Positions 38,199-47,100 of a stretch of 64,000 nt of DNA are shown here, in pieces. The translations under genes and the position numbers were made by a program. The notes beneath the pieces are model-generated. The model had not been told where the DNA came from and searched no databases. It saw only the letters and a program-made list of their open reading frames with translations. The stretch comes from Candidatus Heimdallarchaeum endolithica (GTDB lineage Archaea > Asgardarchaeota > Heimdallarchaeia > Heimdallarchaeales > Heimdallarchaeaceae). The stretch spans positions 2,880,001 to 2,944,000 of the forward strand of contig CP084167.1 in NCBI GenBank assembly GCA_021513715.1, read 5' to 3'. Numbering within the stretch: position 1 is the first letter of the stretch; each line of letters starts with the position of its first letter.

Positions 38199-39509
38199 AT
38201 GGAAGAAAGTTCAAAAGTTCCTGTTAGTGGGATAAAGGCAAGTTTAGTATATCCTGAATCTAAAATAAAACCAGTTTTTAATTTTGAAAATATGATAGTT
38301 GAACACTATAAACGATTTCCACGAACTGCAGCATTGATTGAAAATCCAAAATATGCAAAAGCCCTAATGAACCCTCTGAAATCTTTCTATCTTGTCCCTA
38401 TTGCTATTTTCAAGGTCAAATTTAATACTATTCTCTCAATGAAATTTTGGAATTACATGTCTTTGTGGTTATACATCCTTATTGCTTCTATTCCAAATTC
38501 TATCTCTATGTATTTAACATTCAAAAGCAATAAAATTTTAGGTGATATTACTTTTTCAGTTATCATACCTATATTAGTTTCCTCTCTAGTTGCCCTTTGG
38601 TACCTTAAATTTACACATGATGGTTTCTTTGGACTAATTATAGAGAAGAAAGTTGAGTGGTTGGAAAAACCTGTAAAAGAATACTATGATAAATATTATG
38701 ATAAAAAATTTAGTTTAAACGTTGTTTTAGTCACTTTGAGCGTCTTGACCTCATTAGGTGTTGGAATTCCTGTATTAATTTATGCTTCTAGCCAAGGTTT
38801 ACAATCTGCAATTATATTTGGAATTATTGGAATGATTTGCAATCTGCTAGTCTTTTATGTTTTCTATTTGTCTTTACAATATACTATATTAAACACTAAA
38901 ATTTATTCAAAGGTATTAAACACTATAAAAAATAGAATAAATCTCTATCTCAACGAGTATGGAACTTTGCTGAACAGTGAAAATTATGAGATCATTTGGG
39001 CTTTAGGAGACACTCCTGGAAGATCAATACGACAACTTGAGAATATACCTATAGCTGGAGTAATCTCTGCATTAATAGTAACAATTGCCATGTTAATAGG
39101 GACTATTAACCAAGCAGTTCTTGGACTAGTAAAAGGAGTTATGCCAACAGTGAATATAATTAATTCACAAATGAGTCTCAATGCAATAATTGCAACAATC
39201 TCTCTAGTTATTGCAATTGTGATGGTGTTAATCGTTATTCTTCCATTGTACATCTTTAGTAGTAAAATGAAGAAATTTAAAGTTAAAGCGCTGATAGAAC
39301 TGGACAATTACATTTTTGCGAATGTGATGGAATTTGAACAACGTTATTCTGAGCTTGCAAAACAAGAAACAGTAACTATATTTGCTCTCAGAGAGTATAT
39401 CTCTGGTATGAGAACTATTCCAATTTCTGCGGCGAAGATTATTAAAAGTTTAACAGCTGTTGCAGTATGGTTCGTAAATGTAAGAAAAATAATAAAAGCA
39501 TTTGGTTGA
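38199..39509 (+). CDS. Multi-pass membrane protein of unknown function
   Basis: About 6 hydrophobic segments; 10 bp upstream of the tubulin/FtsZ-like gene. Confidence 0.75.
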   Translation: MEESSKVPVSGIKASLVYPESKIKPVFNFENMIVEHYKRFPRTAALIENPKYAKALMNPLKSFYLVPIAIFKVKFNTILSMKFWNYMSLWLYILIASIPNSISMYLTFKSNKILGDITFSVIIPILVSSLVALWYLKFTHDGFFGLIIEKKVEWLEKPVKEYYDKYYDKKFSLNVVLVTLSVLTSLGVGIPVLIYASSQGLQSAIIFGIIGMICNLLVFYVFYLSLQYTILNTKIYSKVLNTIKNRINLYLNEYGTLLNSENYEIIWALGDTPGRSIRQLENIPIAGVISALIVTIAMLIGTINQAVLGLVKGVMPTVNIINSQMSLNAIIATISLVIAIVMVLIVILPLYIFSSKMKKFKVKALIELDNYIFANVMEFEQRYSELAKQETVTIFALREYISGMRTIPISAAKIIKSLTAVAVWFVNVRKIIKAFG

Positions 39510-39519
39510 GTGAGGAAAA

Positions 39520-40659
39520 ATGTCGTTCTTAAAGAAACTTAGAAAAAAATCAATAGATATTGCAGTAATCGCTGTTGGTGATGCAGCCTGTACAATAGGA
39601 GCTAAATTTATTCAAAATTTAAAAGAAAATAAGATTAACGTGAAGTCTTTAGCAATAAATACAAAAAACAATTTTGAGTCCAAAATTTCTGACCCTTATA
39701 GTGACAAGTTTTGGTTTGCTGAACAATATTCTTCTACAAATCGTGATTTAGAATTGGCAAAAAAACTTTTTGAAGAAAGAAAAGAAGCTCTAACTGATAA
39801 ATTAAAAAATGTTGTTTTTTATCGCATAGATGACAAAAAACGAGAAGAAAAACTTGCTTTACATCTTATAATAGCTAGTGGAGGAGGAACTGGTTCAGCA
39901 GGTTCAATGATAGTAAGTAAAATAATTAAAGATATAACAGGTGAATCTCCGACAATAATCTTCATTGTTCCTGAAAAACATGAACCTTCAGTTGTTCAAT
40001 ATAATACAGCTACAGCTTTGTTCTATCTGGGATTTGATAGTCTAGGACCTAATTGTCCTACTATCCTATTTGATAATGAGAAACTAATCTCAGTTGATAA
40101 AACATTAAATATTAAGGATGCACTAGAATACTGTAATAACTATTTGGCTAATACACTCTCTACTACTATTTTAGCAGCTCTACAAGAATCTTCTCATGAA
40201 GAATTTAATGCGGGTTTAAATGATTTTTTCAAATCTTTTAGCTCTGAAGCAAAAGGAATAGGGGTCATTATTTCTGTAGATAAAACTTTTGAATCTTTAG
40301 AAAAAGCTCAAAATATTAGGTTTTCTGATATATTCTTTAAAGAATTAGAACTAACATCCAGTTTGACTGCGGATATCACAAAGGCAAGACTGGGTTTTCT
40401 ATCCATTATTGCTCCTCATTCCTATCAAACAACGTTTGAAACAAAAAAAATTGTAAAAAGATTTGAAAAAGGATCAATTAAGGTTTCATTAACATCATTA
40501 GAAGAGCCTATTCTTTTAATACGTGGAGTAATAACAGGGTTGCACCCTGATTTTATTGAGAGATTTTGGGATATTTTTGAACGTGCTAGGGATTCCAGAA
40601 AAGAGGTATTAATTCAAGAAGAGCAAATAAGAAACATGAAATTAGTTTTTTCCAACTAA
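39520..40659 (+). CDS. Divergent tubulin/FtsZ/CetZ-family GTPase
   Basis: AVGDAA, AINT, signature GGGTGSAG, VPxxxE, LFDNEKL, T7-like NAGLND. Confidence 0.85.
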   Translation: MSFLKKLRKKSIDIAVIAVGDAACTIGAKFIQNLKENKINVKSLAINTKNNFESKISDPYSDKFWFAEQYSSTNRDLELAKKLFEERKEALTDKLKNVVFYRIDDKKREEKLALHLIIASGGGTGSAGSMIVSKIIKDITGESPTIIFIVPEKHEPSVVQYNTATALFYLGFDSLGPNCPTILFDNEKLISVDKTLNIKDALEYCNNYLANTLSTTILAALQESSHEEFNAGLNDFFKSFSSEAKGIGVIISVDKTFESLEKAQNIRFSDIFFKELELTSSLTADITKARLGFLSIIAPHSYQTTFETKKIVKRFEKGSIKVSLTSLEEPILLIRGVITGLHPDFIERFWDIFERARDSRKEVLIQEEQIRNMKLVFSN

Positions 40660-40706
40660 TTTTTTAGTTGTGACCGTAATAAACCTTATTAATTAAATAT
40701 ATTTTT

Positions 40707-42059
40707 TTGATTAATGACTATTTAAATCCAAAAAAAGTAGGTAAAAAACTCCAAAGGAGAATTAAAGGAAAAGTAGTTTGGGACAAAGTTTCTAGATACT
40801 TGTATTCTACTGATGCTAGTATCTATAAACTTATGCCCTTAATTGTTGCTCAACCTACATGTACAGAAGGTGTCCAAGAAATAGTAAAATTTTGTAATAA
40901 ATACAAACTCTCTATTCACCCTCGAGGTGCAGGGACTGGGTTGGGAGGACAAGCTTTGGGAGAAGGTGTGGTAATAGATTTTGCTAGATTTATGCGAAAT
41001 ATTATAGAAATTAATCCTGAAGAAGACTATGTTTGGACTGAGGTAGGAATAAAGGGAGCTCCCTTACAAAAAAGTTTAGGAGAATATAATAAATACATAC
41101 CTCCAGATCCAAGTAGTCAGGATTATGCTACTTTAGGTGGAATGATTTCAAACAATGCTTCTGGTTCTCATTCTGTTAAATATGGTGATTACGATAAATG
41201 GGTTGAAGAATTAGAGGTTGTTCTTGCAGATGGGAACGTAATTTATACAAAAGAGTACGATATTGAGAGTGAAGAGTTTAATAAAGTATTAGAAAAGGGA
41301 ACATTAGAATCAAGCATATACAAAAACTTGTTAGAACTTTGGAAAAAGAATGAAGAAAAAATAAAGAATGCATATCCACCTGTACTGCATAACGTAACAG
41401 GATATGAGCTTAGAAAATTTATTTATGATGGAAAAATAAATCTTATAAGGTTGTTTGTAGGTTCTGAAGGTACATTCGGAGTTATAACAAAAGCAAAAAT
41501 GAGAATAGAGACCAAACCAAAATACAAAGTTCTTTCAACAGTCTATTTTAGTGATTTAGTAAAAGCAGGAAAAGCAATTCAATATATCTTGGAGCAAGAA
41601 CCAGCAGCCATTGAATTATTAGGTGAAAAACTACTAAGTATGGCAAGAGAAAGATACCCTTCTCTAAATAAGAAACTACTTAAAGAATTAGATACAATGC
41701 TGTTAGTCGAATTTGAAGAGGATGACCTTGAAGAATGCAAAAAGCAAACTGAAATTACAAAAAAGAAAGTCACTCAAACTGAGAAACTAGCTTTTGAATT
41801 TCTCTCTGCAGAAGATCCAGAAGAACAAGCAAATTTATGGGCGGCTAGAAAGTCAGCAGTACCACTTTTGTATAAAATTAAAGGCGATAGAAAAATAATT
41901 GCACTTATTGAAGACGTAGTTGTTCCTCCAGAGCATCTAGCAAAGTATGTCATAGAACTAGAAACTGTATGTAAAGATCTGGTGGTTGAATTTATAGCCT
42001 ATGAGTTGAAATTTTACTTAATTTCTTCAGGACTCTCCCCAACCAACCAACAAACTTAG
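40707..42059 (+). pseudogene. Truncated FAD-linked oxidase (GlcD/Dld-like, N-terminal part)
   Basis: YSTDAS, PRGAGTGLGGQ, PPDPSS, TLGGMISNNASG, GSEGT, EDVVVP; family similarity stops at ~42003 just before the expected GHAGxG. Confidence 0.8.
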
Positions 42060-42225
42060 CGAAAGTTGTGAAGACTGGCTTAAGAGAACATGAAAGACAC
42101 AGTCTTAATTAAGTTCTCTAAGGGGTTCATCTCCTTATCCCGGGCACTCATAACTCCCAAAGGGAAGACCGGGTGTCGTAGGAATGAAACCTACGTCTTT
42201 AAGCATATAGCTCAAGACACTAGAC
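42004..42225 (-). ncRNA. Candidate structured non-coding element at the oxidase breakpoint
   Basis: GC-richer island with nested hairpins; G-U pairs form only on the minus strand; TTTATATA upstream on the minus strand. Confidence 0.35.
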
Positions 42226-42348
42226 AAATGAGAATTAAATATATAAAGATAGCTGAAAAGTTGTTATACTCCCCAATATTTTGTATTTTTTATTTATGCA
42301 AATGTGTTTCAGGTTGTTATTGGTCTAATAACTCCACAAACTAAAAAT

Positions 42349-42700
42349 TTAGTTTTTTACGTAAAAAAGTATCGTATGTTCGATTTGCATTTTACATGTC
42401 GGGCAATCTGTAACAGCAACATCAATATCTTCCTTCTTTACTGCATTAAAAAGCCAATGCCCAATTTTCATTGAAGTTTCATAATTTTCTTTTTTCATAC
42501 CCCAACTCCCAGAAACACCACAACATGTATTAGTCCCCTTTTCAACTTCAAGTTCTGGTATTTTATTGAGTAGATCAAAGGAAACAGTTGTAATATCTCT
42601 TTGTGCTTTCAAGTGACATGACGTATGATAGAGTACTTTTGTTTTTTCTGGATTAAACTCTACATTTGCTTTGTTTTCTTTTAATAATTTATCAACAAAT
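42349..42700 (-). pseudogene. C-terminal CCG-domain fragment of an Fe-S oxidoreductase (GlpC/GlcF-like)
   Basis: Frame extends upstream of the called ORF: VLYHTSCHL...CCGVSGSWG...TDCPTCKMQI; no proper N-terminus. Confidence 0.75.
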
Positions 42701-42765
42701 TTAATCTTCTTTTTTTATTTTTTTTTCAAATAGCAAAGAATTTATAGTTCTATCTGAGCATATAG

Positions 42766-43719
42766 TTGTTTAACATGAGTGAAACAGAACCTTGTCCTTA
42801 TTGTTTTAGAGAAATTAAGAAAGGGGTAAATTTTTGTAAATATTGTGGCTCCGCAATAAAACATTGTCCAAGTTGTAATTCTCCAAATAAAGCTGAAAGT
42901 CTTTTTTGTAGTTCTTGTGGAAAGGATATTAGGGAAATCACTGTACAAAGTAGAAATCTAGAACCTCCAATCTCTCCTTCACATGTTAGCCAAACTGGAA
43001 GTGAAAAAATAATTATTTGGCCTCCTCCAGGTCAATTTTTTCCAACACAACCAAAATATAGACCTTATCAAACACCTGAAGAGCAATTGTTTGGGACAAG
43101 AGATAATCAAGAGCAATTTAAACCTAAGATTGTTTATCCATATTCAAAAGTAGGAATACTAGGATTCTTAAGAGGACCAATTTCAACATCAAAAGTTTTT
43201 ACTTCTGTAGTTGAAGCATTTGCCTATGGTCTAGCTCTTATAGCCACTGGAGTACTGATTATAAGTATAGGTTTTCTCCTTTTCAAAACTTTAATTTTGC
43301 CAATAATAGGTTTATTATGGGGAGGAACATTAATTCTTTCAGCTCCATTTTTTGGTATGTATTTTGTTTCTTCAAAGTGGTTATATAAGGCATTTAAAAT
43401 TAAAAAACCTGTAAGTGATATGACTATATTGTGGAACTATCTCTTTAGTATAATTTTCTTTTCGTTTATTTCGCTAATTTTAATACCTTTGCTAGCAATG
43501 AATACTTTGTTTGCCACAATTTTTGGAATTATTGCCATGATCTTAATCTTTGCTGTATTGATCGTGATTCCGTTGAAAGCTTTTCTCATAGATTTAGCAT
43601 ACGTTAAAGCAGCTGTAGTGGAAAGAGATAGCCAAAAAGAAAAAGAAGAAACTTTAGAAGAAAATGAACCTCAAAAAGAAAAAGAAGATATTGAGGAAAC
43701 AAGAAAAGAAAATAGATGA
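42766..43719 (+). CDS. Double zinc-ribbon membrane protein
   Basis: Four CxxC pairs, Pro/Gln linker, ~4 TM helices. Confidence 0.75.
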   Translation: MFNMSETEPCPYCFREIKKGVNFCKYCGSAIKHCPSCNSPNKAESLFCSSCGKDIREITVQSRNLEPPISPSHVSQTGSEKIIIWPPPGQFFPTQPKYRPYQTPEEQLFGTRDNQEQFKPKIVYPYSKVGILGFLRGPISTSKVFTSVVEAFAYGLALIATGVLIISIGFLLFKTLILPIIGLLWGGTLILSAPFFGMYFVSSKWLYKAFKIKKPVSDMTILWNYLFSIIFFSFISLILIPLLAMNTLFATIFGIIAMILIFAVLIVIPLKAFLIDLAYVKAAVVERDSQKEKEETLEENEPQKEKEDIEETRKENR

Positions 43720-43727
43720 AAGGAAAG

Positions 43728-44309
43728 CTAAACTAATCTTTGAACCAATCTTACTGTTTTATTATCTTCTGCAATATCAACTATCCCATTATTTCTTAAA
43801 TCGTAAAGAGCTTTCATAACTGCAGCAGGAGTTATCCCTGTTGTTTTTACTATTTCCTCTCTTGTCCATTCTTCTTTGTCTGTACCTTGCAATAGCAATA
43901 TAATTTTAGTGTGGGGATTCGCTGCAAAAACATTTTCAAAAAGAATGGAATAAATAGCAAGCAACTCTTCAATATCCATTTCTTTTGCTTTTTCAGCAGC
44001 TATCTCTTCATACATTGTTCTAAATTTTGACATAGATTCTTCGAGATTGTTTAATTTTTCTTCATATTCTTTATTTTTTTGCTCTAACTCGTTGACTTTC
44101 TCAAGTTTTTCTTTTGTTTCAGTAGATAATTTTTCAATTTCAGCTTCCTTATCTTTTAATTTTTTAATATATTTCTCTTGTTCTTTTTCTAAATTTTCTG
44201 TATATTCAATTAAACCAAGTAGAAGGACAGGTAATTGCTCGAAATTGTCTTTAATTGAAAAATAAAGGTCTTTAAATTCCTTCAAAGTGTTTGAATCTGA
44301 GTTTGACAT
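43728..44309 (-). CDS. Coiled-coil protein with C-terminal winged-helix domain
   Basis: E/K heptads, then WTREEIVKTTGITPAAVMKALYDLRNNGIV. Confidence 0.65.
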   Translation of the reverse strand: MSNSDSNTLKEFKDLYFSIKDNFEQLPVLLLGLIEYTENLEKEQEKYIKKLKDKEAEIEKLSTETKEKLEKVNELEQKNKEYEEKLNNLEESMSKFRTMYEEIAAEKAKEMDIEELLAIYSILFENVFAANPHTKIILLLQGTDKEEWTREEIVKTTGITPAAVMKALYDLRNNGIVDIAEDNKTVRLVQRLV

Positions 44310-44371
44310 AATACTTTAACTATAATATTTATATTATTTATTTGTTTTGTAAAATTGTTGACTAATCATTA

Positions 44372-44809
44372 TTAAAGATTTGATGAGAGGATTTCTATTT
44401 TATCTCCCACAGATACAGTTCCTGGTTGAATAACTTTAGCAAAGATTCCTTCTTCAACCATAGCTCTTTTTTCATAATATTCTTCATGACTGAATTGTTC
44501 TTTTGGTTTTCCTATCTGAACGATTTCTAAAATAGTTTCATTTATTTTTATTTTAGTTCCTATTGGTCTGTTATGGAGTTCAATTCCATCTATTGTTAAA
44601 TTCTCAAAAAGATCTCCATAATTTAATTTATCTGGGTTTTTCATAAGTTTATGGATGCTTTTTATACTTAATAAAGAAACTTGTTTATCCCAATTTCCTG
44701 AGTGAGAATCTCCCTTTAAACCCAAATTAGTAATTTCTGCTGTATGAACATTCTTTTTTGGTAATTCTCTTTTAGGACTAATGTTTACAGCTAAAACTGT
44801 ACCATTCAT
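44372..44809 (-). CDS. MOSC-domain protein
   Basis: AVNIS, GLKGDSH, QVSLL, ENLT, EGIFAKV..G.V..GD; true start likely ATG 44809. Confidence 0.8.
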   Translation of the reverse strand: MNGTVLAVNISPKRELPKKNVHTAEITNLGLKGDSHSGNWDKQVSLLSIKSIHKLMKNPDKLNYGDLFENLTIDGIELHNRPIGTKIKINETILEIVQIGKPKEQFSHEEYYEKRAMVEEGIFAKVIQPGTVSVGDKIEILSSNL

Positions 44810-44882
44810 AAAAAAAAGAAAAAATATTTTAAGATAAATTTTTCGTAATTTCCAAAAAAAAAAAGAAATATTTCGAAAACTA

Positions 44883-45122
44883 TTATCCTCCACCAATAGG
44901 AGGAAATAATGAAATAGTGCAATTTTCTTCTACTAGTTGGTTTTTTGAAACTTTTTTCCCGTTTAAGAGAATAAGATGAATCTCTTCAAGTTTAAAATTT
45001 AATTTATCTATTACTTCTTCAACAGTTGTATTCTTATTAACTTCCAATTCTAAGGGATTTAAATCATTGACATTCGGATATTTTTTTCTTAAATGAGCAA
45101 ATACTTTAATATAAATTTTCAA
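44883..45122 (-). CDS. MoaD/ThiS/SAMP-family sulfur carrier
   Basis: 79-aa beta-grasp protein ending FPPIGGG; next to AOR. Confidence 0.88.
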   Translation of the reverse strand: MKIYIKVFAHLRKKYPNVNDLNPLELEVNKNTTVEEVIDKLNFKLEEIHLILLNGKKVSKNQLVEENCTISLFPPIGGG

Positions 45123-45166
45123 CTATTAATTCACCTTGTAAAATAAATAATAAAAAAATAAAAGAG

Positions 45167-47002
45167 TTATATTTCAAGTTCTAATTCTTTAATTTTTTCT
45201 GGTGTAGGCACACCGTCTTCCCATCCTCGTAACTTATAATATTCTTGTTTCATTGGTTCTAATTCAACTATTTGTCCTTCTGATGCACCTTCTGGCATTT
45301 TTTCTTCAAGTAGTCGCTTGGGTAATGTATCATCTTTCCCTGTTATTCCGAGCTTATTTAATATCATCCTTTCTAAATTAGTTATTCTCTCACCAGTTTT
45401 GAGAAGTTCATCTGCTGTTATATCCCATCCTGTTATTGGGCCAATCATTTCTACGTACTCGTCTAGACCAAGAGCAAAAGTTAAGAATAAACAATTAACA
45501 CATGAGTTTACTATACTGGTAAAGTCTTGGAATGTTTTGGTTAGTTCAGCTTTTCCTTCAATTGTGAATCTATCTACATCACCTAAAACTTCTGCTGCAA
45601 TAGTATATCCTGTAACATGGCATCCTCCTCGATTAGCTGTAGCATAGTTTAATCCAATACCTTTTGCTCCTCGTGGATCATATGCTGGCATTTCTAAACC
45701 TTTCACTGACATTGATATTTCTGGAGCTCCATAATGTTCACACATCTTGCGTGATCCTTCTCCAATCCAATAACCCAAACCTTGTCTAAAAGCAGCCATC
45801 CATGTAAGTTCTACAATAGCATCAGGGTTACCAAATTCAACTTTTAATCCTTGTAAATCTTCTTCTGGTATTAGTCCTTTTTCATTTAGTTCCATAGCTG
45901 CAGCAATAGTTGAACCAATAGATATGGGGTCCATACCAAAAATGTCACAATAGTGATTAGCTCGAATAACAGCCCCCATATTATTGACGTTTGTTGAACC
46001 TCCTAATGCCCAAATTGCTTCATATTCAGGACCTTCAGTAAAGGAAATCTTGTAAGGACCAAGTTCAACCTTTGTCTTCCTTCCACAAGCAACAACACAG
46101 CCCCAACATGGGTGTTTAGAAATCAAGTATTTCTCTGTTAAAGTTTCTCCTGAAATATTTTCTGCCTCTTTATCTACTCCTGTTTGCCAATTTTTAGTCG
46201 GGAAAAGACCATTTTGATTGATTATGTTAACCAATACTGCAGTTCCATAAGTAGGTAAACCTTCTCCTGTAACTCCATTTTCTTTTAGTTTTTCAACATG
46301 TTCTTTGACTTTTGTTTCAAATTCTTCTTGTTTAGCAATTTGTGGTTTAGCGTTTCCGTCAACAATAATAGCTTTAAGATTCTTTGATCCCATTATCGCT
46401 CCTAAACCTGTTCTACCTGCTGCTCGATGTATTTCATTCATAATTACTGCACAAGGAACAAGATTTTCTCCAGCTGGGCCAATACAACTAACTCCAGCTC
46501 TCTTCCTTTCATGCTTTTCTTGTAACCACTTTGTAGTGTCCATAGTATTTTTTCCCCATATTTCACTAGCATCGTGTAGTTCAGGTTTTCCATCTATTAT
46601 GGACAAATAAACAGGAGTGTCACTCTTTCCTTCAAATACAATCCCATCATATCCTGCAAATTTGAGTTTTGCACCCCAAGTACCACCTGTGTTTCCAGAA
46701 CCAATAGATCCTGTGAGAGGTGATTTCAAAGCCATTACGTGATGTCTACCGCTATTTGGAGAACGTGTTCCTGTAACAGGTCCTGTAGAAAAGAATAAAA
46801 TGTTATCTGGTGATAAAGCATCCATTTCTTTTATATTTACACCTTTTTTTTCTAATTCTTTCGCATAATTCCAAAGATAATAAACAGCTAAACCTTTTCC
46901 TCCAATAAATTTACGTAGTAAATCCTCTGGAAAATCAAAATCAGACATTTCTTTTGAACTTAAATTAACTTTTAACCATTTTCCCATATATCCATAATTC
47001 AT
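45167..47002 (-). CDS. aor: Tungsten-dependent aldehyde:ferredoxin oxidoreductase
   Basis: IGGKG, KSPLTG, AGYDG, IGPAGEN, RAAGRTGLGAIMGSKNLKA, CWGCxxxC, EYE, YDPR; GAGGTGA RBS before ATG 47002. Confidence 0.93.
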   Translation of the reverse strand: MNYGYMGKWLKVNLSSKEMSDFDFPEDLLRKFIGGKGLAVYYLWNYAKELEKKGVNIKEMDALSPDNILFFSTGPVTGTRSPNSGRHHVMALKSPLTGSIGSGNTGGTWGAKLKFAGYDGIVFEGKSDTPVYLSIIDGKPELHDASEIWGKNTMDTTKWLQEKHERKRAGVSCIGPAGENLVPCAVIMNEIHRAAGRTGLGAIMGSKNLKAIIVDGNAKPQIAKQEEFETKVKEHVEKLKENGVTGEGLPTYGTAVLVNIINQNGLFPTKNWQTGVDKEAENISGETLTEKYLISKHPCWGCVVACGRKTKVELGPYKISFTEGPEYEAIWALGGSTNVNNMGAVIRANHYCDIFGMDPISIGSTIAAAMELNEKGLIPEEDLQGLKVEFGNPDAIVELTWMAAFRQGLGYWIGEGSRKMCEHYGAPEISMSVKGLEMPAYDPRGAKGIGLNYATANRGGCHVTGYTIAAEVLGDVDRFTIEGKAELTKTFQDFTSIVNSCVNCLFLTFALGLDEYVEMIGPITGWDITADELLKTGERITNLERMILNKLGITGKDDTLPKRLLEEKMPEGASEGQIVELEPMKQEYYKLRGWEDGVPTPEKIKELELEI

Positions 47003-47100
47003 CTTGTTCACCTCATGTGAACTACTCAAGTAAACTCTTTCACATATAAAAAATTTTTTGAAATTTACGAACTTTTTTAAATAGGACTGTTAAAAAATAT

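Noticed and set aside
42090-42344. 84-aa ORF
   Set aside because: No motifs; it overlaps the structured insert and is probably spurious.
44883-45122. Eukaryote-type ubiquitin modifier
   Set aside because: The FPPIGGG ending and the AOR context fit a MoaD/SAMP sulfur carrier.
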